Below are positions 39,581 to 53,425 of a stretch of 64,000 nt of DNA, piece after piece. Under the pieces are notes generated by a model. It worked only from the letters and a program-made list of their open reading frames with translations, ran no database searches and had not been told where the DNA came from. Source of the DNA: Octopus vulgaris (taxonomy: Eukaryota); NCBI GenBank assembly GCA_951406725.2, contig OX597828.1, forward strand, positions 39,928,001-39,992,000. Reading direction: 5' to 3'. Each line of letters starts with the position of its first letter. Position 1 is the first letter of the stretch. A program made the translations under genes and the position numbers.

Positions 39581-42162
39581 TGAAGTGTGGTGCAGTTTTC
39601 TGCCAGGCCAGCTCCTGTCAAACTGTCCAGCCCATGCCAGCATGGAAAGTGGATGTTAAATGATGATGATGATGAATGATGGTACTCTAACTGATCAATC
39701 AAAAGGTATATTGTTTTAAGACAAGGTAGGGTTGAAACAAATTATTAGACAGAAGGAAAAGCTGAAGTTAAGCCATGGTAGCATGAACTGTAGATGTTTC
39801 TGAGGTGGCAGGCCATAGTAATTAATGGCATAGTATGGCATGGCGCAACATTCTAATAATGCTTTTGATACCCCCACCACCACTTGAGACCACCTTTGGT
39901 TCTATGACACTGGAGCACCAAAGACGGTGCTCCAGCATGGGCTCAATCCTACAGCTGAAAAGAATAAAAGAATATTTAAAGCGAATTGTATTAAAAGCTT
40001 CTTTCAAAATTTCCTAATTTATGTTCCAAAAACCAGCTTATTAATGAAAAAATTAGTTTAATAAATTCTTCACTATTTTCAAAATTATCTGAAACGACAG
40101 CAGTTGTACTTTGGCAGAAATACAGTAATGAAAGGGTTAAAGTATGGCAATAATCTTTTCTGAGGGGTAGCAGATGCTTTTATAGTGGTTTAAGATAGAG
40201 CATAATTTTTTAAGACGTAATAGGGTTCAAACAAATATTGTATATAAAAAAAATAACTTTATTTTAGAAAGAATTATTATCGGAGTGTGTTTGTAATTAA
40301 ATATTCTGTTGGGACTAGTTACAACACAAAATAAAGACACCTAACTCTTTGAAAAACTGGGGTTATATGAAAGGGGTAAAGATAATACCCAATACTAATA
40401 CTTTCCTCTGATATAATTAGATAACTGAAGGAGAGCTTTCTGTTTTTCCTTTCTTTTTTCTTAACAACACCCAGAGAAATATATTTATCTAAAGGAAAAG
40501 CCCAACAAAGTTGTGTTTTCTCAGAATTCAGATAAAAAAGGAAGGGAAGGATGGTAGGAACGAAGAAGAAACGAGGGAAGAAAATAAGTTAGAAAGAAAA
40601 TGATTAGGGGTGAATTATAAAGAAAGAAATTATGTGCTGGGCAGCTTAAGTGAAAGTTTTAAGTTTTCATCAGTAAGAAACAGGAGGGAAGGAGGAGATG
40701 ATATCTCGGGGGGGGGGGAGGAGCATATGAGGGGGGGGGATTCTCTATTTAAGAAGAGAAAGGGATAGGGAGGTAAGTGAAGAAGAAATATGAGGATGGG
40801 AGTGGGGGGTAAGTGAAGATAAGAAATGTTGATAGAATGGCTAGATGTAGTAAGCCAGCCTGAGAAAACTTAATGGTCTGATGTGGTGATACTTGTGTGG
40901 AGGGGTGAGAACGCAGTGTATGTGTATGTGTGTCTGCGTGTGTGTGTGTGTGTTGGGTGGGACGGGGTGGGGGCGTTGGCAAAACAGCCAGCAAAAGTTT
41001 ACACAAATGGGAAGAGGCTGGAAGATGAGATTGATTAGTCATCTTGATTGAGGTAAACTTTAATCTCACCTTATTCCCTTCTCCCCTATCTCATTTCCAA
41101 TAATAAGCAATAACAAAATTATCTAATAAAATAAACAAACTGCACACCAACCCCATTCTCTCTTTTTCTCTCTCACATGTACACACACACACACACGTGT
41201 GCATGCACGCATGTGTACATGTGTGTATGTTTAAATGTAGATATAAAATATATGTACGTGTATATATGACTCAACATGCTCACAAGAGTGTATTGAACTA
41301 TAAAAGCAAAGCTTATTCACAGACCACAATGTTTTCTCCCTCTGTCCCCCACCCCCAACATCCCAATTCCTCCCCAAACTCAGGCATTTGTCCACTGCAG
41401 GTGAATGTGATAAGTTACCATGTGGTACCTTGTTCTTTGGAGATATTTGATTTGCTGAAACTGTAACAAAATTGATGACTAACAACCTATTTATTTGAGT
41501 TAAAATGAGACACCATTGGCTGTGTGTTTAGAAAGCTTGGCTACTGACCATATGGTCATGATTTCAAATTCTACAACTGCTTAGTTATTGTGTCTTGTCT
41601 CTCAGCAAAGAAACTATCCCTGGAGATACTACTTATAAACCTACTAACATGGGTTTGAGTAAATAGGATTAACCAATTCGCATTTGTAATGCATCCTTGG
41701 CAGTTAGCTTGATTAATAAATTACTGCAAATAGTTAAAGAGAGTACTCAGTTACTTGACTGGTTGATTTGTTATTTTTCTGTCTGTGAAGTTAGTGTATA
41801 TAAAAACAAAGTGCTTGCATCCACCTATTACATCTAAAATCTAGCTAAAATCTATAGCTATATTCAGAACAACAAACAATATTGAAACTAAACACTGTTT
41901 ATGTACCCAATAACTTATTAATCAAACTGGCTATTTGTCCAGAATACATTATTATATGTGAAAATCAGTCTAGCCAATGAAAGTCATACTAACGGGTTTA
42001 TAAGCAGTACAGTCATGTACAATTAAAGAGGGTCCTTGGTCCCTGATGATACCAACACATGACTGAAACTCACCCCCATGAAGATACTGGAGACAAAAAC
42101 CAGCTGATTACATACGTCTGTTACATGCAGTGTTGGCTAAAACCTATAGATATATACTTTAG

Positions 42163-42825
42163 TAGCAGTCTCCAGCCTTTATTGCACCATGGACCAGTTT
42201 CATGCAAGACAACTTTTCTGTGGATCAAGAGATCATGTGCACAACAAAACACAAGAAGGTGCATAATATATAATTTAATTATTACATATAGAAAACATAT
42301 ATATTATATATACAATACATATATACTCTTTTACTTGTTTCAGTCATTTGACTGCGGCCATGCTGGGGCACCGCCTTTAATCGAGCAACTCGAACCCAGG
42401 ACTTATTCTTTTGTAAGCCCAGTACTTATTCTATCGGTCTCTTTTGCTGAACCGCTAAGTAACGGGGACATAAACACACCAGCATCGGTTGTCAAGCACA
42501 GACACACACATATATACGACGGGCTCCTTTCAGTTTCCGTCTACCAAATCCACTCACAAGGCTTTGGTCGGCCTGAGGCTATAGTAGAAGACACTTGCCC
42601 AAGGTGCCACGTGGTGGGACTGAACCTGGAACCATGTGATTGGTAAACAAGCTACTTACCACACAGCCACTCCTGCGCCTATATATATATATTATATATG
42701 TAATTCATGCATAATGCAAAAACACTCTGCAGACTATCTTAAGATAAAAATAAAATTTAAAATTATTCTTTCTGTGCAGCCTGGTACCAAATGATCTGCA
42801 GCCTGATGGTTAGGGAACCCCGTGC
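42163..42825 (+). mobile_element. hAT (Charlie/MER1-like) MITE interrupted by a family A SINE (42326-42680)
   Basis: Terminus tagcagtctccagccttt..gcaccatggaccagtttcatgcaagacaactttt. An inverted homologue lies at 62500-63085. Confidence 0.7.
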
Positions 42826-43169
42826 TATAGTACAGTATAGCATTAAAACAAAAAACATCATTAATGTACCAGTAATTTATGTGTATGTATGCATGTGTTT
42901 ATACTGTTTTAAGTGGGAGGTCTACCATACCACCCAGTAAACATCCCAATACTTGCACCTTGGTTACTTTTAACAGAGTTTATCTCCGTTGCAGGCATCC
43001 ATACCACAGTCCCCGTTCCTTCTTTTATTCTCAGATGAGGCATAAAATATATCAATCTCTCCAGTCTAGGAAGGCCCATCTCTCTTCCCTCGAGTATCTT
43101 ATACAAATAAATTATAAAATTTGTGCAATTGGCAACAAGAATGATAACGACATACAGACTGTTGATTGG

Positions 43170-43370
43170 TAAAATGATGTTATTGGAAGTAGCAAATAAG
43201 TTCTGCTATACAGAGGGAGGTGAGGTAAACCAAGTATAAGTTTAGCTTGGGTAACAGTTAGGGTGGATGAAGTTCAGTAAACTGATACTTCTGTTGATGA
43301 TAAAGAGATTTCACCTCTTTACAATAGTAAATTGCACATGTATGAAGTGTGATGCAGTATGGCAGTTAGC
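43170..43370 (+). mobile_element. RTE LINE reverse-transcriptase C-terminal remnant
   Basis: Fragments LLEVANKFCY, GWMKFSKLILLL and VMQYGS match the RTE motifs LEVVxxFCYLG, WxKFxEL and VMLYGSETW. Confidence 0.65.
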
Positions 43371-43494
43371 CTTGGGTGATAAGTTCAGAGGATCTGCAGG
43401 GAGTGGAGAGGACTGATACAATGGATCAAACTCAGCCTGTTGTAAGTGAAATGATTAATTAACGAGAAAGGCCAAATCATCATCATCTTCCTCC

Positions 43495-43875
43495 CCATCA
43501 TCATCATCGTATAATGTCTGTTTTCCATGCTGGCATGGGTTGGACGGTTTGACTGAGGTCTGGAGAGCTAGCGGTTGCACCAAGCTCCAATCTAATCTGG
43601 CAATGTTTCTACAGCTGGATGCCCTTCATAATGCCAACCACTCTGAGAATGTAGTGGGTGTTTTTTATGTGCCACCGGCACAGGAGCCAGTTGGGCAGAC
43701 CTGGCATCGACCCCGTTCAGATAGTGCTTTTTACGTGCCACCGGCATAGGAGCCAGTCAGGTGGACTTGGCATCAACCACGTTTGGATGATACTTCTTAT
43801 GCACCACCGGCACAGGAGCCAGTCTAGGGGTACTGGCATCAGCTACATTCGGTTGCTGCTTTTTAAGTGCCACTG
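43495..43875 (-). mobile_element. Family C retroposon with ~60-bp internal subrepeats
   Basis: Family C tail plus repeated ttttacgtgccaccggcacaggagccagt units. Confidence 0.8.
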
Positions 43876-44900
43876 GGTGGCAGCGGTGCCAAGCTCCTCA
43901 ATGTCAAACGTTTGCCTGCAGCTGATTGGATGGGGTCAAAATTGGTTTTGACCCTGCAGACTCAATCAGCCAAGAATCTGGTGTTTCCAGATTTTCTGAA
44001 AATGGCCAATTGTAGGTATCCAGTGATTCTTGAGGGACACCTCCCCCATAAGTGTCACCTGTGCCTGGAACCAGGCCGCATTAAAAAGAACTGTCCCCAA
44101 GACCAAAGTAAGGTCTTGGAACAATTATTTATGGAAGAACCCCACATCCTCCTTTGGAGGGAGAGATGGAGGCAGTGGAGACCTCCCTGAACAAAAAGGG
44201 GAAAAAAGGAAGAAGGTGGGCAACAATGGTTGCCCACCAAAGGACCCCAAGACTGTGGGTGGGAGGGAAGATCCTCCAGTTAAAGTGGAGGAACTACCAT
44301 AGCAAAGGGGAGAAAAAAGAAGAAAAATGGGGCAGTGCTGGCAGTTAATATATTGCCAGCATGTTCCAAAACCCTGTCGGCAGGAATTGTTCCACTGATG
44401 GTGGAAGTTGTGACCTCGACCCATGTGGGGGAGGAATTTTTAGTCTTCTTCTGCAAGGGAGAAGCAGTGGGAAAGTTTACTAAAAAAGTTTGCCAGGGGA
44501 GGAGACATAACCTGCATTAAAGATCCTGGATGGCCTCCACAGGTAGCTGTGGGGGTAATCTCAGACACGGATCTTTTCAAGGTAATGGACTCCTTCCCAG
44601 AAGATGTATTCCACTTCTGATTAAGGTGCCCTGACCCAGCACTATTGGAGTGCTTAAGTGACGCTTTGAGCCTGGTCGGGTGCTGATGGAGCGGAAAATA
44701 GTAAAAATTAAGAGGCTGAGTGCCCATTACTGAAATGGCATATGGCCCATAAGAGAAAATGTAAGAGGCCTAGTGTCTCATTTGTAAGGACATTGTGTTA
44801 TTTTTGGTAAGAGGCTTAGTGCTTCATTGTAAGGACCTTGTGTCCAATGGAACATTAGTAAGAGGTTTATTACCTCAACTTGTGTGTTTTGTAAAAGAAC
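43876..44900 (+). mobile_element. L1/Tx1-like retrotransposon remnant with ORF1 zinc knuckle
   Basis: ORF 43867-44190 has FPDFL...YPVILEGHLPHKCHLCLEPGRIKKNCP, a CX2CX4HX4C knuckle with His to Arg, preceded by the V..EG.P motif typical of L1/Tx1 ORF1. Decayed downstream, with ~46-bp repeats at 44760-44865. Confidence 0.65.
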
Positions 44901-45408
44901 AATGTTTTCAGGAAGCAGCGATCGGTGGGCGTCGCCTGCTTTCTCTCATTGATACCATTTTTTTTCATCATTTATCTCATCGTTTGACAACTAATGTTAG
45001 TGTGTTTACATCTCCGTAACTTAGCAGTTCGGCAAAAGAGACCGATAGAATAAGAACTAGGCTTACAAAGAATAAGTCCCGGGGTCGACTTGTTTGACTA
45101 AAGGCAGTGCTCCAGCATGGCCCCAGTTAAATGACATAAACAAATAAAAGAATTTAGTTAAGCATTTTAGAAAACCTCACTGAGCCCTTAACAATGTACC
45201 ACTGCAATAACCATTCTAGCTTTAATGGTTTAGACAACTGGAATGACACTTAAGTTGTATTGGAGATGATTAAATAAATGGTGTTTTAATACATGATGTG
45301 GATTTCAAATTCCTGCAGTCTGAGTAAGTATTACAACAGGTACACACACACAGCTACATGTAGTAGGTTTACATGTAGTGTAAACCTAAAACCAGTTTGT
45401 TAGTATAT

Positions 45409-45796
45409 GGATGGAAGCACTCTGTTGGTTACGACGACGAGGGTTCCGGTTGATCCGAATCAATGGAACAGCCTGCTTGTGAAATTAACGTGTAAGTGGC
45501 TGAGCACTCCACAGACACGTGTACCCTTAACGTAGTTCTCGGGGATATTCAGCATGACACAGAGAGTGATAAGGCTGGCCCTTTGAAATACAGGTACAAC
45601 AGAAACAGGAAGAAAGAGTGAGAGAAAGTTGTGGTGAAAGAGTACAGCAGGGATCACCACCATCCCCTGCCGGAGCCTCGTGGAGCTTTTAGGTGTTTTC
45701 GCTCAATAAACACTCACAACGCCCGGTCTGGGAATCGAAACCGCGATCCTATGACCGCGAGCCCACTGCCCTAACCACTGGGCCATTGCGCCTCCA
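45409..45796 (-). mobile_element. SINE family D (tRNA-derived), full length
   Basis: Head tggaggcgcaatggcccagtggttaggg...ggtttcgattcc. 11-bp TSD tgttagtatat at 45398-45408 and 45797-45807. The tail of another copy is at 1-36 (+). Confidence 0.88.
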
Positions 45797-46266
45797 TGTT
45801 AGTATATACTATTAGCAAAAAGAATGTAGTGTAGTGATGATAATGATATCATGATGGTAGTGATAATCGTAGTGATGGTAGGGAAGGTGAAGGATGGAAG
45901 TGATAAAGGAGTGATGGTTGGGGCTAAGAAGGTGATGGTGGTTGCTGTAAGGTGTTAGTGATGATGATATGATGATGATAATTTGTAGTGTTGGTACTAG
46001 TGTTGATATGATGGTAGAGATAAATGGTAGGGGTGATGTGGAAGGTGATGACAGTTGTAGTAGTAGTGGTGTTGGTGTGACGATGATGATGATGGTGATG
46101 ATGATAAAAGCAGTGGTGGTGTTGGTGCTGATATGAAAGTAGTAATAACTGCAGTAATGATGGTTGTAGAGGTGATGCTTGTTATAACCCATCCCTTCCA
46201 TGACCACCACCAAAAATAACGGTATACACACACAAAAAAGAAAAAAGAGAAAAAAAAAAAGCTCAC

Positions 46267-46417
46267 CTTCAATTGCATCCAAGTTCTGCTTTGATTGATA
46301 TGGTTCGCTGTAAGGGTCCACGTCTTCTAAAGGAGGAGCACTGGGTAGTTGACGCTCTTTTACACTTGACCCTTTGCGACGGAAATCTATTGGTTCTGAG
46401 TAGTCTCCAAGAGAAAC
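46267..46417 (-). CDS. Internal coding exon (most 5' of three seen) of a YxxP-rich adaptor protein, SHB/SHF-like
   Basis: Polypyrimidine tract plus CAG acceptor before 46417 and GAAG|GTGAGC donor after 46267. 151 nt, phase 0 to 1. Encodes VSLGDYSEPIDFRRKGSSVKERQLPSAPPLEDVDPYSEPYQSKQNLDAIE with two YSEP motifs. Confidence 0.8.
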
Positions 46418-46734
46418 CTGGATGGAGAAGAAAGAAATGGAAAGAGATGAGAACAATAATAATCAAATGAGTTGTTTTAAACTTCAAATATCAAGTCACC
46501 ATTAAAAGTGACAGTGAAGGGAACAAGTAACCCTTCAACACCTTAGTCATAATACAAAGTAAACAGCGTAACCATAAAAAGAAAACAAAAAATAAAATAG
46601 CAGAAGAGATCAAACATTAAATAAAACAGCTTATTTCATGTTTGACTGTATTGCTATCATTTCGACTACTGACCACCCTATGTTCTGAACACTCAGTCAA
46701 GCCAGAAACACAGTCCAACCATAATTCAAACCCT

Positions 46735-47510
46735 TACCTTTTAAGCATTCAGATTGTTCTTATTTCTTTATTACCCACAACGGGCTAAACATAGAGGGGA
46801 CAAACAAGGACAAAGAGATTAAGCTCATTACATCGACCCCAGTGCATGACTGGTACTTAATTTATCGACCCCGAAAGGAAGAAAGGCAAAATCAACCTTG
46901 GTGGAATTTGAACTCAGAACGCAGTAGCAGACGAAATACTGCTAAGCATTACACCCTGCCAGCTTGCCACCTTTAGCATTCAGATTGTTCTGTCAAATGT
47001 AATGTTTATTTATTCAGTTTTGAATTAATCATGTATTGTCTTGTAGCTTTGAGATTTCAATGATGTAATTGATTATTTTTAGAATGACATTGTAGGGTAG
47101 GTGCGAGAAGCTGGATATGACTGGTTCAGTAAAGCAGCAAGCTGGCAGAAACATTAGCATGCTGGGCAAAATACTTAGCGGTATTTTGTCTGTCTTTACA
47201 TTCTGAGTTCAAATTCCACCAAGGTCGACTTTGCCTTTCATCCTTTCGGGGTTGATAAATTAAGTACCAGTAGTGAACTGGGGTCGATCTAATCGACCAG
47301 GCCCCCTCTGCCACATGCAATGCTTCATTATTCACATTGTTTGAATTAATCATGTATTGTCTTGTAGCTTTGAGATTTAAATAATGTGATTATTTATTTT
47401 TAGAATGACATTGTAGGGTAGGTGTGAACAGTTGGATTTGGCCAGCTTGAACATAAATCAAGTAGAATATTAGGGCTGAATATAGCTGGTTTAAATGCTA
47501 AAGGGCTAAT
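46735..47510. mobile_element. Nested cluster: piggyBac MITE A carrying two family B SINEs in opposite orientations
   Basis: SINE 46761-46972 (-) is flanked by duplicated agcattcagattgttct. SINE 47135-47310 (+) is followed by a repeat of the MITE interior. Right end aatgctaaagggctaa. Confidence 0.75.
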
Positions 47511-47992
47511 ATGGTGCTTCCCACCTGGACAACTGTCAAGGATATCAGTGGAAGTTTTCAATTACTTATTAATACTGCAGTTCTATATTTAAGAGATGAG
47601 GAATTATGTACATTATTTACATTCGACAACAAACAAGATGAGGACAAATATCCATTGAATATAAAAAATGTATTAATGATACTGCTTCTAAAGTTTGTTC
47701 CCTCAAGAAATATATAACCTTGATAACCTTGTACTTTCCCTAAACCTGTTAGGCTGAGTGCTCCTATGAACCAAGAAGCATAAGGTTTATAAAGAGCCAA
47801 AATAAATCCCAGCTGGGTTCCTTTAAAAAATAAGCATGTTAGGCAACAGTAGTCTTTGAGTCTTTATTACTCAGCAATAATACACTGTTCAAGAGTCAAC
47901 ACTGGTTCTTCTCTTACGATTCACAACTACAAAATGGATGTGAGATAGCTACAAAGTCTTACAGCATGTAAAGCTGGAGATCTTACACAAAG

Positions 47993-48198
47993 TACTAATA
48001 CATTATTTACATTTGATGAATATCTGTTAACACAACATTTCGGCCGATATACTCTCCAGCCTTTTTCAGGTGTCCTGGGGAAATTCCGAACCTGGGTTCT
48101 CATTCCTAAGGTATTTTTTTAAGCTAATATTATTATTATTATTATTCAGGTTACTGCCTGGAATCAAACTTGGAATCTTAACTACTATGCCATATGTC
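47993..48198 (-). mobile_element. tRNA-headed element with degenerate hammerhead motif (family F), deleted copy
   Basis: Homologous to 62656-62935. Minus strand reads gacac-ctgaaaaa-ggctg...cggcc-gaaa-tgtt-gtgtt at 48074-48029. Confidence 0.75.
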
Positions 48199-48481
48199 AT
48201 GAAGACAAAAAACTGCAAAAGTACTAATGTTACATATTGCAAAAATATTCAGCATCAAGACCTTATGGCAAGGGTCTGATAGCAACAGTTTTATCTTTTA
48301 TTCGTTTTAGTCATTGGATTGTGGCCTTGTTGGGGCACTCCCTTGAAGGGTTTAGTCAGACAAATGGACCCAAGTATATATTTTTTTTAAGCCTGATATT
48401 TATCCTATTCATTTCTTTCTACTGAACCACTACATCATGGAGACATACACAAACCAACACCAGTTGTCAAGTGGTGGTTGG

Positions 48482-48512
<31 letters not shown>

Positions 48513-48845
48513 GTGGGGTTCTTTCAACTTCTGTCTATCAAACCCACTCACAAGGTTGGGCAATTTAGGGCTATTGCAGAAGACACTTGCCCAAGGTGCC
48601 ATGCAGTGAGACTGAACCCAGAACCATGTGGTTGGGAAGCAAGCTTCTTACCACACAGCCCACAGTCATGCTTTATTTTTTGTATATACAAACACACACA
48701 TATATATATAAATCCAAATTACGATGAACATAAACAAACAAACAAAGTTTGCTTTAGAAGCATTGAGATGTCATATGCTATGTATTGGAAATCTTTTAAA
48801 TTCTCAAACGTAGGATAATACTAATAATATAGCCTGAACAGGGTA

Positions 48846-48882
<37 letters not shown>

Positions 48883-51800
48883 TGTATATATTTTATCACT
48901 TAATCAGAAGTAGATGGACAATGCCCATAAACTTTTACAGGATTTTTGAGAGCAGTAGGGACAGAGGACCAGGCCTGAATGCTTGCAGGTGGTTGTGCAA
49001 AATGGGTTATAGATTGAGCCCAAGAGCCAAGAACATCATATGGAGCATCTGATGGAGTTTCTGTGCAGTTCCTGCTCACACTATCTTTCATCATAGATTT
49101 GCAGCAACAACAACTACTACTACTACTACTACAGTTCAATCAGAACAGTAATTCTGTGATAACCATAAGAAATTCAAACTGTTGCTACTTTCTATTGAAC
49201 GACCAGATTTGCAGTACAAAGTCAGGTGATGTCTGTTAATACTTTAGTTAAAACATATGGCAGTATATTTTCAGGTTTGACACTATAACTTCCCAGCCTG
49301 TCTCCCCACTGTGTAAAAAAAAAAAATGATTAAAAAATCACAGACACACTCCACATCAGATATTAGCATTAAGGAAAATATATATATATATGATCAGCTG
49401 GTGCAGAAACCCAATTAGGCATCTACAATTAGTGCTTAAAGAAATGGTTAAATAACCACGTGTTTATGTAACCTTAAAGTCTTGGATTTTCAAAGAGGAT
49501 TTTCAAAGAGGGAAGTGCAACAGATGATGGATTCCTAAAATTAGCAAAATGACTAAAAAATATAACAAAAAAACAAGACCAGGAAGATTTCCAATACATA
49601 GCATATGATTCTATCAATATATTGCTAAGCCAATGATGAAATTGTCTATGGGATCAGTTACCCCCCCCCCAGTTAGAAATAGCAGCCAAATTCCCCTCTT
49701 AAATCACAACTTTAACCCTTCAGCATTTAAATCAGTGATATCAGGATTAAATACTCTGCTTATTTTAATAGAAAACTTATATTTTAAATGTATTTTCAAA
49801 AAAACTTTTTGTCAGGATTTGAATGTATGTGGGACATTGTGCAGGAAAATGACAGATGTTGCATCAAAGCCCAATAAAATCTTATTTTATAGTCCTTGTT
49901 TTTTTTAGCAATTTCCATAAAAATTTAATATTGGGTGGGGGGGACAATGTCCATACCAATACTTAAACAGAGGAATAAACTGGATAACAGAATGTAAGGA
50001 ACTAAGGATAATTAACCACTCTGAAAAATTAACTGCTATCTAATTAAAATAATGGGTTTTTTTCTATTCTATTTTGCTTTTTCCTTTAGAAAAGGGGGCA
50101 TTTGTAAAACACTATTTGGTTAAAGGGGACACAGAATTACAAATTATTGAGAACCAGTGCTTAATCACATGGCCATAACAGCACCCACAAATATCCTTTT
50201 TTAAAAAAAACAACAAAAGAGACTGCATACACCTGAAACAATAAGGAATATTGGTAATCTACTCTAATGAAACATCTCCTCAGAGAAAATCTAATTGATT
50301 TGATATTTCATAGCAGCTGACCGGCAGATGTGAGTGTCACATCTATTGTTGTAAACAGAGACCATATTCTACAAACTGATGTGGAACCTTCAGATTTTGA
50401 ATGTTGCCAACAGCTTCTTACAGAGTTTATTTTCCACTGATGCACTGGTGTTATTATATAACAAAAGCAAACATATACAAACCACAATAACCTGGAAATG
50501 CTATGAGCTAAGAGAGAATAAAAAATGGTAGTCTGGTATGTGAAACGGCTAATATAGTTGAGCCAAGCCTTGTGAATTAAATTTGGTAGAAAGAAGCTGT
50601 GCAAATGTGTGTTGCATGTATGTGTATATTTATGTGAGTGTGTGTTTGTGTGCATTATTTCTGTGTATGTATGTGAGAGAGAGAGAGTGTATGTCTGTGA
50701 AAGTGTGTGTATGGGAGAGTGTGTGAGCGTTTGTGCATGAGGGAGAGTGTGTGAGTGAGTGGGTGTGAGAGAGCATGTAAGTGTTTGTGCTTGAGAGAAT
50801 GGGTATGTGTGTGAGATTGTGTATGTGAGAAAGTATGTATGTGTGTGTGGGGGGTGTATGCATGTGTATGAATCTCATGAAGTGATTTCTCAAAGTAAAC
50901 ACTACAAATTCTCAGGTACACAAGTCCCTAAAAATGGATGTAACTCAAAATTAAACTCAGTTATTTAATAGAAGTTGATAAAATAGCTACCAGACTACGT
51001 ACTAGGGCCAATATACTTCACTAAAAAAAAAAAAAAACCTTGTAAGAGCTACCGCAGCATAGTCACAGTTTACAGACTGAAGCCAGACAAAGAATATGTA
51101 AAAAGATATATAGATAAATGTGAGAAAATGGAATGAGTGGCATTCATTACTTAACATTGCTACAATTGTTTCAACACATTTTCACACCTTTAATTCATTG
51201 GTGAGGTATTGTGTAATCATTATCATACATCCAAGGTGTAAAGTGTACTTCCTTAGGTGATTGTTTAGTCCTTTGTTAGATCATCTTGTCATTTCACTCA
51301 GTGTGATAATGCATGCTCAGTGTCTGTCACATCACTGTATGAGGACATCAGGTAGCCAACATCCGTGAATAAGCTTTGCATAGTATTCTACAAGATTTTT
51401 ACCTGAATCTTTTTTTAACTAGAAAGATATATATATATATATACATAGATATATATATATACATACACACATAGATATATATCTATATATATATATACAC
51501 ACAGAGACAGATCTCTCTCTCTCTACATATATATATATATAGATATATATATCTATGTGTGTATATATATATACACATACATGTGCATGCACACACGTTA
51601 ACACATAACTTGAATAATTGTTAAATTTGATATTCAAGCATGCTAAAGATCTTGATTGGTAAATGGTAGTTAGCCAATTCCTCTATGACAGTCAGTGTCG
51701 AGCTTCTGTGAGAAATCTTTTGGTAACACATGATAAACAGTATCCAGTTGTCTGCCAAGTTATCAAGATTACTGTACATTTGTATATCTTAGTGAACCAA

Positions 51801-52057
51801 CCCACTGATGCATAATAATATAAACCAATGTAAATCTTCTTCAGTAGGTAAGAAAAACAGTTTAACCAACTGTGTATACACACACACACATATAAACATA
51901 CATATATGCATACACACTGATATAGATATATATATATACATATAATACACACACATATATACATATATATATGCATATAAAATACATACATACGCATATC
52001 TGCATCATATATACACACATGCATGTTTGCATGCACATGTGCACACACTCATATGTG

Positions 52058-52095
<38 letters not shown>

Positions 52096-52951
52096 CAGAC
52101 ACACACACACACACGTACATGTATGCATGCATGCAAACACACACACGCACACACACACCACTTATTCATTTAGAATGAGGCAGACAGGTTTATTTTGACT
52201 GCAAATTTAGTATTAAGTATGCATACTTAACACTGAAACATAACTAACAAAAAAAAAAGTTCCTTTATATTTTTTTTTGAGAGTATAAATGGAGCAATTT
52301 TATGGCTATGTCATAAGCTGATTGATGTAAAGAAATATCAAATAAACAGCAAAATATGTCAATGAATGTGGAAACTGGTGTTATTAGTTGACAACTATTC
52401 ATATTATAAATCTTGTATAGTTTTCAGACTACAGCTGTTTTTATTCAGAGCAGTTGGGAAAATATGTTAAAGTAATCATATCTGCTCTTGACTTTAGTTA
52501 GTAGGTAGATTCATTAGTAGAGATAGAGAGGCAGATCAAATTTCTTACTGTGTTAAACAACTATAAAAGTTTAAAGAGGGAGCAGAGCCTTTCGGTATAT
52601 AATGGAGAAATTAATGTAATTTATGCAAGCGGAGTGAGCTAAACTGCACGAGCACTGCTATGTGTGTGATGGTGAAGAGAAATGCAATACAGTAATTAAA
52701 CATAAATTGAAATGGTAATTAATAACTCATGTTATTTTTAATAGTATTGAAAAGTTTCCAGCTGTAGACTAATTCAAAATTTCAAATATCATAATTCAAA
52801 ACAGAAAAATAATTTTTTTAAATCAGCTAGAGGAAGCACAATAGAATAAAATAAAGATTGAAGCATAGATGAGACTATAAATAACTTGAGGTTTCTTAAT
52901 ATTGCTCTTGTTATTGTTGTTGGTTTATATAGAAAATACAATGATATTATG

Positions 52952-53343
52952 GGTAAGTAGCTTGCTTACCAACCACATGGTTCTGGGTTCAGTCCCACTG
53001 CGTGGCACCTTGGGCAAGTGTCTTCTACTATAGCCTCGGGCCAACCAAAGCCTTGTGAGTGGATTTGGTAGACGGAAACTGAAAGAAGCCCGTCGTATAT
53101 ATGTATATGTATGTGTGCGTATGTGTTTGTGTGTCTGTGTTTGTCCCCCTAACATTGCTTGACAACCGATGCTGGTGTGTTTATGTCCCCGTCACTTAGC
53201 GGTTCGGCAAAAGAGACCGATAGAATAAGCACTGGGCTTACAAAGAATAAGTCCCGGGGTCGAGTTGCTCGACTAAAGGCGGTGCTCCAGCATTGCTGCA
53301 GTCAACTGACTGAAACAAGTAAAAGAGAGAGAGTAAAAGAGAG
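52952..53343 (+). mobile_element. SINE family A
   Basis: Near-consensus copy followed by about 80 bp of (TA)n (53345-53423). Confidence 0.9.

Positions 53344-53425
<82 letters not shown>

Noticed and set aside
42059-42646. 195-aa ORF and similar recurring peptides (YDGLLSVSVYQIHSQGFG..., ARGYSRRHLPKVP...)
   Set aside because: Antisense translation of SINE family A, recurring at every copy.
45720-45796. tRNA gene (also 31891-31965, 59977-60050, 62668-62740)
   Set aside because: A/B boxes are present but there is no proper cloverleaf or acceptor stem, and each continues into a SINE body.
45812-46266. C-terminal part of the 214-aa ORF
   Set aside because: Lies beyond a strong GTGAGC donor and is low-complexity intronic (GAT/GGT) sequence.
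51330-51385. Hammerhead-like ctgtatgagga...tccgtgaa
   Set aside because: Both core boxes are disrupted and no convincing stems I or III are present.
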